Under the pieces are notes generated by a model. It saw nothing but the letters and a program-made list of their open reading frames with translations. It did not search any database and was not told where the DNA came from. A stretch of 63,558 nucleotides of DNA, the filler included, from Octopus bimaculoides (Eukaryota), in assembly GCF_001194135.2 (NCBI RefSeq). It is 7 parts of 7 records of this genome, joined end to end, with 100 filler letters (N's around TTAATTAATTAA, not from the genome) between each part and the next. Parts side by side here need not be neighbours in the genome. Positions count along the whole stretch, not along the records: positions 38,610 to 52,303 come from NC_069002.1; positions 52,404 to 58,543 come from NC_068992.1; positions 58,644 to 62,175 come from NW_026397701.1; positions 62,276 to 63,558 come from NC_069009.1; 3 more parts are not named here. The stretch is one strand, 5' to 3'. Shown piece by piece: positions 50,185 to 63,540 of this stretch. How positions within the stretch are numbered: position 1 is the first letter of the stretch; each line of letters begins with the position of its first letter. A program made the translations under genes and the position numbers.

Positions 50185-51425
50185 TGGACCTCTCGGTTTT
50201 AAAATCAAATTTATATACCTATCTATTTTTCTTCCTATCTGTCTATCTAACTATCAGTCAATCTATATATTTAGCAATCTATATGTACGTAATTTTCTAT
50301 TAATCTTGTCTAACTGTTTATCTTACTATGTATCTACAGATTAACATTGTATCATAGAGATAGATAGATAGTTAGATAGATAGATAGTTAGATAGATAGA
50401 TAGATAGATTCATATCTTATAGCAAAAGCACGAACACAGACCCATACACACACATACATAGTACCTATACCCATTGTATGACAACTTGACTGTAACCTTG
50501 ATCATGTTTTTCTTCTCCATTTGTTTCGCTTCTCACTAAAATCAATTAAGAAATAGGTGAGCACGCCAGATATATAAACTCGAAAGAGTGAAAAGAGTCT
50601 GTGTTAAAAATAAATCGATTTTTTTTTTCTTTTCAACATGGATTAACAAAAAAAAAAAAAAAAGATACACTTACCCAAAACTTCGTAACGTGAGTTTCAT
50701 AAACGACTTTGTGAAAAATCTCCGTGTGACACAAAATTCGTGTGGCACACATCATCTTGTAACACGGGTACCATGTGACACAAATTGTATGTGACAGGGT
50801 ACCATGTCACACACGTGAAATATAAAGAAAGCAAAGATAGAACAGATCAAAGATTCATAATCCTTTATGAAAGAAAATTATAAATTTCTATATAAACAAT
50901 ACTTTTTTCTTTCTTTTCATTTACCAATTATATACATACATATATATATTCATATATATANNNNNNNNNNNNNNNNNNNNNNNNNNNNNNNNNNNNNNNN
51001 NNNNNNNNNNNNNNNNNNNNNNNNNNNNNNNNNNNNNNNNNNNNNNNNNNNNNNNNNNNNNNNNNNNNNNNNNNNNNNNNNNNNNNNNNNNNNNNNNNNN
51101 NNNNNNNNNNNNNNNNNNNNNNNNNNNNNNNNNNNNNNNNNNNNNNNNNNNNNNNNNNNNNNNNNNNNNNNNNNNNNNNNNNNNNNNNNNNNNNNNNNNN
51201 NNNNNNNNNNNNNNNNNNNNNNNNNNNNNNNNNNNNNNNNNNNNNNNNNNNNNNNNNNNNNNNNNNNNNNNNNNNNNNNNNNNNNNNNNNNNNNNNNNNN
51301 NNNNNNNNNNNNNNNNNNNNNNNNNNNNNNNNNNNNNNNNNNNNNNNNNNNNNNNNNNNNNNNNNNNNNNNNNNNNNNNNNNNNNNNNNNNNNNNNNNNN
51401 NNNNNNNNNNNNNNNNNNNNNNNNN

Positions 51426-51477
<52 letters not shown>

Positions 51478-51478
51478 A

Positions 51479-51509
<31 letters not shown>

Positions 51510-52266
51510 ATGTATATATTTCCGTACATCTATATGTATATACATACAATACTCTATTTTATAGATTTGTACACTCACGCATTCATGCACACATACATGT
51601 ATGTGTAAATATACATACGTACATACATACATACATACATACATACACACATATATACGTATATATGTATATATATATGTATATATGTACATATATGTGT
51701 GTGAGTAGGTATATATATTTATACACATATATATGTGTGTGTATGTGTATGTATATATGTGTATGCATGTAGTTTCTTGTGTCCGTCCGTGTTTGATTCC
51801 ATGATGTAATGGTACAATCCAAAAGTTTCATTGTTTGTCGCGCATATCATTTCTTTTGTTTGAGATTTATTTCAATTCTTATTTTGATTTCCGGACGCTC
51901 TTCTTTCAATATCCATCGCTACCACCACAACCACCACCACCAACAACAACAACAACCATCTCCACCACCTATGTCATCACCAGCGACATCAACAACACCT
52001 ACAAGAACAACAGCCATAAAACCACCAACAATAACAACAGCAACAACAACATGATATAATATTCAATTTACTGTTGGTAGTTTAGAAGTTATTTCTGCTG
52101 TAATTATTGAAGGCCATATTCTATTTGTAATTTGCTTTCTTTTGTTTTGGGAGTCTGATGGGTGATGGCGATGGTTATGGACATGCGCTTGCGTGTATAC
52201 GTGTGTGTGTGTGTGTATACATCTCAGTGTACATGTATATGCATCCACGTGTATATATATACATAC

Positions 52267-52303
<37 letters not shown>

Positions 52304-52483
52304 NNNNNNNNNNNNNNNNNNNNNNNNNNNNNNNNNNNNNNNNNNNNTTAATTAATTAANNNNNNNNNNNNNNNNNNNNNNNNNNNNNNNNNNNNNNNNN
52401 NNNATATATATATACATATATACATAACTGTATACACATATACTGCTAGGGACTAGAAACGCCCGAAAACAGCGATAGAGAAT

Positions 52484-52536
52484 TCCTCATACTGATCGGT
52501 TAGTTTCGGCAATTTCCGTTGCCTCATCAGCAAGGA
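52484..52536 (-). ncRNA. Type I hammerhead ribozyme
   Basis: UCCUUG CUGAUGA GGCAA cggaaa UUGCC GAAA CU aaccgauc AG UA UGAGGA: full catalytic core, stems I-III and a GUA cleavage triplet. Confidence 0.88.
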
Positions 52537-53346
52537 CTGGCTCGACTTCGGCAGATTCCGGACTGAATTTTCTATGCATGTATGTATGTATGTATGTATG
52601 TATGTACGTATGTATTTATCTATGTATATACGTACGAATGGAAGAAATGTACCAAATCTTTACATCGAGACACAATAGTAGGCTGGAATAGGCCTTAAGA
52701 TATCTGCATAAATATACCAAAACATTTCAGAAATCTAGCGATTGTTCTAGATAAATCAATATCCCACCCCCAGATGGGCGGGAAAAGAAGGATAGAATCA
52801 CATATCCTGAACTCCAGAAATACATGTCCTTTTTATAACCAACCTATTTTATATTCTGTCTGCGTCTGCTACCCCAGCATAAATACCACAGCCAAGGAAA
52901 TATATGAGTAAGCAAAAACATTACATTACAGTAAGGTTATTGAATAGTTGGATAACTATTTAATGAATACATAATGAAGCCTGCCAAAACAGTAACATTA
53001 ACCTCGACCTTATTTAGATAGGATCCTGACTTCGGCCAGCCACTGGTGTGAAACCGAGGTCAACCAGAGAAGTTTACAAACAGATCAGATTTCAGATTGA
53101 AAACAACCTTTACTTTCCCACAATACCCCAGCCAACAAAAGACTAACTGTATTCAGTTTGATTTGAAATTTGCTGGTGGACAGACCCTGATCGAAGCTGC
53201 GCATAAAGGTATGCCCGGTTGCATGTGCAACTGTCCATACTCTGTGCAGTGGAAACACGTGTAGGTCGTATGAAATTGTGAAATAAAGGAAAATAAATTT
53301 TGAGGATGAACAAGTCTCCATATTTTATATAGTTATAATTATTGCT

Positions 53347-53380
<34 letters not shown>

Positions 53381-53384
53381 CGCT

Positions 53385-53572
53385 CGCGAGGGCGCTTGTT
53401 CCCACTATCGCTTGATTACCGGTATTGGTCTGTTTGCGTTCTCCTAACCTAGCGGTTCGGCAAAAAGGAACCAATATAATACTAGGATCGATTCAATCGA
53501 CTGAAAATTCTTAAAGGTGGTGCCCCAGCATGGCTGCAGTCTGATGACTGAAACAAGTAAAACGGTAAAAGA
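53385..53572 (+). mobile_element. 3' half of CORE-like SINE
   Basis: cttagcggttcggcaaaa-like motif and ggtgccccagcatggctgcagtc...gaaacaagtaaaa. Confidence 0.8.
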
Positions 53573-54504
53573 TGAATGAAATCCAATTCCAAGAAGCTGC
53601 TCATGAGTATAACGCGATAAGTCTAGAACAGAACAGCAAGTTTCAAACAAGCAATTGAAGAGCTTTTCCGTAACAATTATACCAGTATAATTACAAGAAG
53701 AGGAAGGCCATTGATGTGTCTGTGTTTATATGAACACAATGGATGGACAAGAAAGAAAAATAAATGAATAGAGACGCTAAATGAACATAAAATAAATAAT
53801 TAAAGTAATTAAGAAAGAACAATATGGAGTCTACTCAGAAAATTGGGTTAATTAAAACTTGTTAATGTCGCCAATAAGAGTGATTGTGTTCAAACAACTC
53901 CTAACAATTGTTTGAAGAAGAATACATCCATTATGAACATACAATATACGTATGTACGTATATATATGTGTATCTACATACACACACAAATACATACATA
54001 TATGTATATATACACACACATACACACACACAAACACATGTATCATACCAATGTCTCTACCTATCTATTTATTTATCTATCTATCAATCCACCTAACTTT
54101 CTATACATCTCACTTTAGTTCTTAACATCTCTCTCTCTATTCACATGTTTCGCATGGCTGTATTCTTTGATTCAAGAATATTCACGTATGTGCATGTGTG
54201 TGTGTGTATACATATACATGCTTGTGTATAGATTCATGTGTATGTGTATACACATACACATATACATATCTACACATATATACCTATGTATGTATGTGTG
54301 CATGTGTGTATGTATGCATGCTCGAAATGGAGAGTAGATAAACAGCCGACAACAGATGAAGGGTTGTTCTTTGTGTTAATTGTCCTGTTTTCCATTTATT
54401 TTCTATCTTTGTTTGCGTATTGAACACATTTGTTTCCGTATTTCATGTTGTTTACTGTTGATGATATCCTGTACCCATATATGCATGGGTGTAAGAGGGA
54501 GAAT

Positions 54505-54629
<125 letters not shown>

Positions 54630-55165
54630 TATGTATGGATGTATATATGTATGTAAGCACGTCTCAAATCAACACTCCTCTCCCATATTCCTACTTACAT
54701 AGACTATTTCATCTCATGACCAAATATATATAAACATCACTGATATTTTCATATTGATTCTGTCCATGACTATCTTGTTTGTTAACATATTGAACTTCAC
54801 AAACGTATTTCTAAGCGACTGAAAGATATTTACATCAACCCAGTATTTACCGACGATTTGTCTGAAAAATGAAATACCTCAGGAGTGGCGTTTGAGATAC
54901 TAAACACACTTAGGGTAGATTGTCACGTATGGAATGGGGTGGGATGAAAAACTTCAATGAAGTGAGATTATGCAAATAGTAGACAAAATTTCTCTTTATA
55001 AGGATGTTGAAAATATAAATGTAATACAAAGGGGAAGATAACTTCAGTATCATTGGCTAATCAAAATCCCCATACAAGTGTAACAGGTGAAAGCAACGTA
55101 CACGTTTCTGTTGTATTAGACCTCCTCAGTGACGCCTTTTCTACTTAGTGGGCAAGAGGGAGAAT

Positions 55166-55198
<33 letters not shown>

Positions 55199-55787
55199 TG
55201 TTACGCCTGTATGCATATATATGTGTGTGTGTTGTGTGTGTGCTTACATGCATGTGTATGTGTGTGTCTGTGTGTATGCTTGAAATATCAAACACACACA
55301 CACACACACACTCACATACACCCTCCTTTTCCATCATAAACTGAGCGTCAATTTATTACATTCACTGTGTACATCCTTTTCGCTTTCGTTTTTGTTTTTA
55401 TTTTCGTTTTCATTTTTTTCTAATGGCATTTATCTTGTTATGCATTTCTATTCAACACCCACCCACCAAAAAAATATATTACTATTATGCTTTTTAAATG
55501 TGATGTTTCATACTCGTATCAGCAAAACAAAAATATAAACAAACAAACGCATCAAGAGTCGGATGGTGTTACTATGAGGTTGCTATTTACTCAAACGTTT
55601 GCTAACTTCTCCGTTGCAGACAAGACGAATACAACCAAAGAGAGATAAAAAAAAAAAAAGCTGATTTAAATACAACGGGGCCAACGAATGTATACTTTTA
55701 CTACGCAAACAAAATGAAATGAAGAAAAACGCCAGAGAAATTTACGCCATCAATGTTTATCCTGCAGTTCACCAAAACAACATAAAG

Positions 55788-55828
<41 letters not shown>

Positions 55829-55931
55829 NNNNNNNNNNNNNNNNNNNNNNNNNNNNNNNNNNNNNNNNNNNNNNNNNNNNNNNNNNNNNNNNNNNNNNNN
55901 NNNNNNNNNNNNNNNNNNNNNNNNNNNNNNN

Positions 55932-55973
<42 letters not shown>

Positions 55974-56309
55974 CACACACACACATACATACAGAGAGAG
56001 AGAGAGCCGTCTATGTATCAAACTTAACGTATATATACCGTTGAAAGATACGATGCTGTCGTTTTTGTCTGAGAGAAGTATCCCTTCATAGATGTACTAT
56101 TTTAAAAACACAGAGTATAAGGGTTCAAAACAAATACCATCCTAGCAGTGATCCACAAGAATGCCAGACGCCTTCCGACCTCCTAATACCTTGTCAAGGA
56201 TATGTATTCGCTTTTTACCAAGACGAAATCTGTCCCTTCTGTTATATAGGAAACAGAGAATAGTGTATTTACCGATGTTGAGAAAAGCTTGCCGTGCAGA
56301 ATAAAATGT

Positions 56310-56361
56310 ATCCATCCATCCATCCATCCATCCATCCATCCATCCATCCATCCATCCATCC

Positions 56362-56415
<54 letters not shown>

Positions 56416-56460
56416 TTATCTATCTATCTGTCTGTCTATCTATCTGTCTATATATATATA
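56310..56460. repeat. (CCAT)n(CTAT)n microsatellite
   Basis: Direct inspection. Confidence 0.95.
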
Positions 56461-57009
56461 TAAATATATATATGAACAATTTTTGCAGTTGAAAGGGTTA
56501 AACGATGTCATATCTCATAGTTTAATTGAATATTGCAATAGATATAACAGTTTTGTAATTAAAAAGTTTACTTGGTTAATTACTTCGATTAAATTCACTA
56601 TTCATAACGAAGCCTTCAACAATTCACATCACTTGATTAAACAAGCCTGACTAATTAAAGAGGATTAAAGACTCTTGTCTGATACGAACATTAATCTTAA
56701 CCTTTAAGTCCAATACCTTAATACGTAATTACATCCAAGTTGATGTATTTTACAAATCAATGTTTTAATTATCATATTGTTAATCGCTCCACCAATAAAA
56801 TGAAGTTAAGATAGTTAATTATCTTAAGATAGTTATTAAGTAATTAATAGTTACATGTTTCCTTCATATAAAATATTTTAGTTTATTTTTTAGAATTTTT
56901 TACAATCACAGAACGTAAGAATAGAACATTCTATGGCTGCTCCCTATTGAAGACTCCTTTTTATTGTCTCTTTCTAGCATTTGTCTCTCTCTGTCTCTCT
57001 CTCTCTCTG

Positions 57010-57041
<32 letters not shown>

Positions 57042-57156
57042 CCCATCCTTCAGCCTGTCTATGCATTTATGTCTTTCATCCTCTCTTTTCTACCTCTTCC
57101 TCTCTCTCTGCTTCTGTGTCTCTCTATAAAGCTATTTTTCTATATGAGTCTATCTG

Positions 57157-57206
<50 letters not shown>

Positions 57207-57325
57207 TCACTCATATAATATACTTGTATGTATACACATACACATACACAGTCATATATATATATCTTTGTGTGTATGCAAGTGTATATACATATATGTA
57301 TATATGTACAGATATATATATGTAC

Positions 57326-57418
<93 letters not shown>

Positions 57419-57703
57419 NNNNNNNNNNNNNNNNNNNNNNNNNNNNNNNNNNNNNNNNNNNNNNNNNNNNNNNNNNNNNNNNNNNNNNNNNNNNNNNNNN
57501 NNNNNNNNNNNNNNNNNNNNNNNNNNNNNNNNNNNNNNNNNNNNNNNNNNNNNNNNNNNNNNNNNNNNNNNNNNNNNNNNNNNNNNNNNNNNNNNNNNNN
57601 NNNNNNNNNNNNNNNNNNNNNNNNNNNNNNNNNNNNNNNNNNNNNNNNNNNNNNNNNNNNNNNNNNNNNNNNNNNNNNNNNNNNNNNNNNNNNNNNNNNN
57701 NNN

Positions 57704-57758
<55 letters not shown>

Positions 57759-58093
57759 ATGACTCTTGAATACGAGAAAATGACAAATTGACAAAGGGCA
57801 AAGTGTAGCGTCTCATCTCGAGTAATATGTTGCTGCTCCTTAAATGAACGCGCACCGTTGCTATGAATAAATTTGAATTAATGTTCACACATTACTAAGG
57901 ATTTCCTCCAATCTAGACGAATGATTAAACACAACACAGTCATTCATTCTGTTATTCATTGATATATTTATTCATTCATAAGTCATGCTAAGTTAGACAT
58001 ACCAACCTTAGACGAGCCGAAAAGCGCGATTCTGTTTCAATCTCTGGCTGAAGTCATACAATATAAGTTTATATTTCACCTGTAGTAGTTTCT

Positions 58094-58312
58094 AAGGCAG
58101 CGATCTGGTAGAATCGTTAACGCACCGGAGAAAATGTTTAGCAGCATTTCTTCCGGATTTACATTTGAATTTCAAATGCCAACAAGGTTGACTTTATCTC
58201 TAATCATTTCGGGGTCGAAAAGAATGAATGCCAGCTGTAAACGTGGGCTGATGCAAACGACTAGCCCCCTCCCCGCAAAATTCCAGGTCATGTATCTGTA
58301 GCAGAGAGGATT
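58094..58312 (+). mobile_element. Degenerate Meta-like SINE
   Basis: aaggcagcgatctggtagaatcgttaac...gttgactttatc...tcatttcggggtcga. Confidence 0.75.
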
Positions 58313-58402
58313 TCAGTTGTAGAAGATGCACATATATACACATGAACACACGGGTAAACATATACATGCATACATGCATGCATACATACATATATAGATA
58401 CA

Positions 58403-58435
<33 letters not shown>

Positions 58436-58743
58436 GTATGCATATATATATACTTATATATATGTATATATATATATATGTATACATATATATATATATG
58501 TATATGTATATATATGTATGTATATATATATATGTGTATGTATNNNNNNNNNNNNNNNNNNNNNNNNNNNNNNNNNNNNNNNNNNNNTTAATTAATTAAN
58601 NNNNNNNNNNNNNNNNNNNNNNNNNNNNNNNNNNNNNNNNNNNTATATATATATATAATACATACATACACATTTACATACAGGTAGAGAGATGTAAGTA
58701 GCTAGGTGAGTAGGGAGGTAGGGAGAGGCAGACAGACAGGCTA

Positions 58744-58806
<63 letters not shown>

Positions 58807-58904
58807 CGTAACATTTCACTGGTATGTAGCATAGGCTTCACAACATATCCATTTGCAATAATTCTTTTTTTTTAAAGCCGTGGAAAACCTTATATGAATA
58901 TTTA

Positions 58905-59095
58905 ACTTTTATCGTTTACTTGTTTCAGTCATGCTCGTCACCACCTTGAAGACACCTCAGGCGAATGGTCGACTTCAGTACTTTTTTAATGCCTAGTACT
59001 TATTCTATCGAACCCTTTTGCCCAACCGTTACAGGACGTAAACATCCCAACACCGGTGGGTAGTGGTGATGGGGAAAAATCACAGACACACACAG
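58905..59095 (-). mobile_element. 3' half of CORE-like SINE
   Basis: tttacttgtttcagtcat...ctagtacttattctatcg. Confidence 0.75.
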
Positions 59096-60037
59096 ACACA
59101 CACACATATATAAATGTGTATGTATATATATANNNNNNNNNNNNNNNNNNNNNNNNNNNNNNNNNNNNNNNNNNNNNNNNNNNNNNNNNNNNNNNNNNNN
59201 NNNNNNNNNNNNNNNNNNNNNNNNNNNNNNNNNNNNNNNNNNNNNNNNNNNNNNNNNNNNNNNNNNNNNNNNNNNNNNNNNNNNNNNNNNNNNNNNNNNN
59301 NNNNNNNNNNNNNNNNNNNNNNNNNNNNNNNNNNNNNNNNNNNNNNNNNNNNNNNNNNNNNNNNNNNNNNNNNNNNNNNNNNNNNNNNNNNNNNNNNNNN
59401 NNNNNNNNNNNNNNNNNNNNNNNNNNNNNNNNNNNNNNNNNNNNNNNNNNNNNNNNNNNNNNNNNNNNNNNNNNNNNNNNNNNNNNNNNNNNNNNNNNNN
59501 NNNNNNNNNNNNNNNNNNNNNNNNNNNNNNNNNNNNNNNNNNNNNNNNNNNNNNNNNNNNNNNNNNNNNNNNNNNNNNNNNNNNNNNNNNNNNNNNNNNN
59601 NNNNNNNNNNNNNNNNNNNNNNNNNNNNNNNNNNNNNNNNNNNNNNNNNNNNNNNNNNNNNNNNNNNNNNNNNNNNNNNNNNNNNNNNNNNNNNNNNNNN
59701 NNNNNNNNNNNNNNNNNNNNNNNNNNNNNNNNNNNNNNNNNNNNNNNNNNNNNNNNNNNNNNNNNNNNNNNNNNNNNNNNNNNNNNNNNNNNNNNNNNNN
59801 NNNNNNNNNNNNNNNNNNNNNNNNNNNNNNNNNNNNNNNNNNNNNNNNNNNNNNNNNNNNNNNNNNNNNNNNNNNNNNNNNNNNNNNNNNNNNNNNNNNN
59901 NNNNNNNNNNNNNNNNNNNNNNNNNNNNNNNNNGTACAACATAGCAGGAGTAAATAGACACCCATATAATCATTGATATTTATTTAAATCTGAAATTATA
60001 CATTCAAATTGTATGTCAATTGTTATAATGTGAATAT

Positions 60038-60487
60038 TTAATATTTAGCAGACATGCCCTTTGCATTTTTCAATTCTAGAACCCTATTAGGCATGCTACT
60101 GGACAGATGACGAATATTCTCTTGCGGAATTTCTTGTCACGTTTCATGTAGTAATCTCAAAATTTCTGGTTTTGAAGATGCTTTCTTGTTCTTTTTACGA
60201 AGTGTCCTGTCCATTATGCCCCAGAAGCATTCAATAGGGTTCATATCCGGTGGCTGGCTTGGCCATGCAAATTTTTTAAGGCCATTCTCTTCCATTTAAG
60301 ACCATTCTGTTGGGTTATTCTAGACGTGTGACAAGGAATCCCATCCTCCATAAAGAGTTGTCTTTAATCATTTCAACACTTGAGAAGATTGGAAGGAGTC
60401 CATTCTGCAATAAGAATACATAACTATCCGAGTTTATGTTTCCCTCACACTCCTCCAGCTCTGACTGACCATTGCAAAGAGCATTTA
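60038..60487 (-). pseudogene. Tc1-family transposase C-terminal fragment
   Basis: GNINSDSYVFLL...EDGIPCHTS...WPSQPPDMNPIECFWG...SMPNRV..AKGMSAKY*; frameshifts and a stop; DD34E-like allowing a small indel. Confidence 0.92.
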
Positions 60488-60490
60488 AAG

Positions 60491-60906
60491 CACATAATGC
60501 TATATGAGTACGAAAAAGGAAACGCTACAACCGAAGCGACTTGAAACATACACTCAGTTTTCGGAAAAGCATGCTTGAATGAAAGAACTTGCAGAAGATG
60601 GTTTGCAAAATTCAGAAATGGAGATTTCAGCCTTGAAGATGAAGATCGAACAGGACGTCCAGTAGAGTTTGATGATACGCTCCTTAAGGCATTACTTGGA
60701 GAAAATCCTGCATTATCAGTTGAAGAATTGGCAATAAAGCTTAGTTCAAACCATACAACTGTTCATCGTGATCTTCAACAACTTGGAAAGGTTCCTAAAC
60801 TTGGAAAATGATTGCCTCATGAATTGTCCGAAAGCAACCGCAAATCCTGAGTTAACATCTGCCCTTCTCTACATTCTCGCGAACTCATTTCACCATTTTT
60901 GGATAG
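60491..60906 (+). pseudogene. mariner-family transposase N-terminal fragment, cut by a gap
   Basis: HIMLYEYEKG...RTCRRWFAKFRNGDFSLEDEDRTGRP (HTH) and GK*LPHELS (WVPHEL-like linker); in-frame stops. Confidence 0.93.
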
Positions 60907-61919
60907 NNNNNNNNNNNNNNNNNNNNNNNNNNNNNNNNNNNNNNNNNNNNNNNNNNNNNNNNNNNNNNNNNNNNNNNNNNNNNNNNNNNNNNNNNNNNNN
61001 NNNNNNNNNNNNNNNNNNNNNNNNNNNNNNNNNNNNNNNNNNNNNNNNNNNNNNNNNNNNNNNNNNNNNNNNNNNNNNNNNNNNNNNNNNNNNNNNNNNN
61101 NNNNNNNNNNNNNNNNNNNNNNNNNNNNNNNNNNNNNNNNNNNNNNNNNNNNNNNNNNNNNNNNNNNNNNNNNNNNNNNNNNNNNNNNNNNNNNNNNNNN
61201 NNNNNNNNNNNNNNNNNNNNNNNNNNNNNNNNNNNNNNNNNNNNNNNNNNNNNNNNNNNNNNNNNNNNNNNNNNNNNNNNNNNNNNNNNNNNNNNNNNNN
61301 NNNNNNNNNNNNNNNNNNNNNNNNNNNNNNNNNNNNNNNNNNNNNNNNNNNNNNNNNNNNNNNNNNNNNNNNNNNNNNNNNNNNNNNNNNNNNNNNNNNN
61401 NNNNNNNNNNNNNNNNNNNNNNNNNNNNNNNNNNNNNNNNNNNNNNNNNNNNNNNNNNNNNNNNNNNNNNNNNNNNNNNNNNNNNNNNNNNNNNNNNNNN
61501 NNNNNNNNNNNNNNNNNNNNNNNNNNNNNNNNNNNNNNNNNNNNNNNNNNNNNNNNNNNNNNNNNNNNNNNNNNNNNNNNNNNNNNNNNNNNNNNNNNNN
61601 NNNNNNNNNNNNNNNNNNNNNNNNNNNNNNNNNNNNNNNNNNNNNNNNNNNNNNNNNNNNNNNNNNNNNNNNNNNNNNNNNNNNNNNNNNNNNNNNNNNN
61701 NNNNNNNNNNNNNNNNNNNNNNNNNNNNNNNNNNNNNNNNNNNNNNNNNNNNNNNNNNNNNNNNNNNNNNNNNNNNNNNNNNNNNNNNNNNNNNNNNNNN
61801 NNNNNNNNNNNNNNNNNNNNNNNNNNNNNNNNNNNNNNNNNNNNNNNNNNNNNNNNNNNNNNNNNNNTATATATATATATATATATGTATAAACATACTT
61901 ATATATATATATAACCATT

Positions 61920-62115
61920 TATTATTTTACTTGTTTCAGTCATTTGACTGCGGCCATGCTAGAGCAACAACATTAGTCCAGAAAATCGAGCGCACGGACT
62001 TATTTGTAAGCCTAGTACTCATTCTATTGGTCTCTTTTGATAAACCGCTAAGTTACGGTGACAAAAACACACAGGCATCGGTTGTCAAGCGATGTTGGAG
62101 GGACAAACACAGACA
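61920..62115 (-). mobile_element. 3' half of CORE-like SINE
   Basis: ttttacttgtttcagtcatttgactgcggccatgct...ccgctaagttacgg. Confidence 0.85.
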
Positions 62116-62275
62116 CAGAAACATATACACACACATATATGCATACATATACATATATACATACATATATGTATANNNNNNNNNNNNNNNNNNNNNNNNN
62201 NNNNNNNNNNNNNNNNNNNTTAATTAATTAANNNNNNNNNNNNNNNNNNNNNNNNNNNNNNNNNNNNNNNNNNNN

Positions 62276-62306
<31 letters not shown>

Positions 62307-62679
62307 TATGCATGTGTATATATGTGTGTCTATATATATATACATATATATAAATACACACACACCATCACACACGTCAGACATCTAACACGTCAAGGTG
62401 ATCGGCATTCAAGGATAGATAATCTCAGTCGGCAATGGGCTGGGAGAAAGCTTTCAGATATGACCAGGGTGAAAGTGGTGAAGACTTACGTTCGTCATGC
62501 GACTATTCATGACTGGTCAATATGAAGGCCATTCTCTCTCGCTTTTGTGAAGAACACCGGTTCCGCTTTTCAGACGGATTTTTGGCTGTTCCGTGGCTAA
62601 TGTTATGCAGACGTTCGCTGAGATTGCGATATCTCAAGCGTTCTTTTGACGATGAGCAGGCGGTTGGCGTGCTTTGTCA

Positions 62680-62793
62680 GACTTTGCCTTTCATCGTTTC
62701 GGTAAGGAAAAAATAGGTACCAGTTGCATACGGAGGTCAATCGACCAACACACTTCCTCTGAATTTTTGGCTTTCTTCCTATAGCACAAAAGA

Positions 62794-62795
<2 letters not shown>
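62680..62795 (+). mobile_element. Meta-domain SINE fragment with (TTA)n tail
   Basis: gactttgcctttcatcgtttcgg...gtaccagttg. Confidence 0.65.
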
Positions 62796-62835
<40 letters not shown>

Positions 62836-62836
<1 letters not shown>

Positions 62837-63177
62837 AAACTCTCGGATACTTCTTATTTATTGGTTGTTCTTCCCTTGGAAGCAGGCAATAACAAATCAG
62901 CAAAGGCTTCCAGTAGTGCATTCTCCTGTAACTCAAAGAGAGAATACTCTCCTTAGAATGCGAGCTGTACCCAACAACGCTGTCGTTTGGATCACTCCGA
63001 GTCTGACAGTAGCTCCAATATTCTTAATATGTTTTTCAAAGCTCTTGGAAACTGCTCCTAATGCTCCAATTACCACCCGTATCACCATTACTTTCCTCAT
63101 GCCCCAATAACTTTCCTATCTCGTCTAGCAGTGGTTGGTATTTTTTTACAGTTTTCTGTTTCCTTACATTTCACCCT
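62836..63177 (-). mobile_element. 5'-truncated R4/Dong-like RLE retrotransposon within (TAA)n
   Basis: KYQPLLDEIGKL...GMRKVMVIRVVIGALGAVSKSFEKHIKNIG..IQTTALLGTARILRRVFSL* (stop 62933-62935); TAA arrays on both sides. Confidence 0.85.
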
Positions 63178-63205
63178 ATTATTATTATTATTATTATTAT
63201 TATTA

Positions 63206-63540
63206 AGGGAGAGAGCAGTGCATGCCATCAATGTGACACGGGGGTAAAATATATGAAGCCCAGCATACCCATCATGACTACCCGTCTGATAAGGGTACAC
63301 CAGGCGCATGCATCACAACCATATGTGCGCGACATGGTGATCTCCTATCAATATAAACAGCGCATGACCTCGCAGGTGGGGCCCAGTTAGAATTTTATTC
63401 AGGTCGAGTAGCCCATCCCGCTCAAAAGGTCCCTGAATCAGGTTTGTTTAAGGATGTTGAGCAAAACACTCATGTTTCCAAAGGTGGATTATTCAAGTCC
63501 CAAAGAATTCCTCTCAACACATGGCTATGATGCTCCCCCA
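63206..63540 (-). mobile_element. Unclassified retroelement-like 3' segment between (TAA)n arrays
   Basis: 335-bp complex block bounded by TAA repeats on both sides; orientation inferred, not proven. Confidence 0.5.

Noticed and set aside
52998-53066. Cloverleaf-like fold aacctcg...cgaggtc
   Set aside because: No T-loop or D-loop consensus and weak arms; compatible with chance.
62322-62716. Short ORFs in a GC-richer block
   Set aside because: No recognisable motif; the block merges into a SINE fragment and is probably TE debris.
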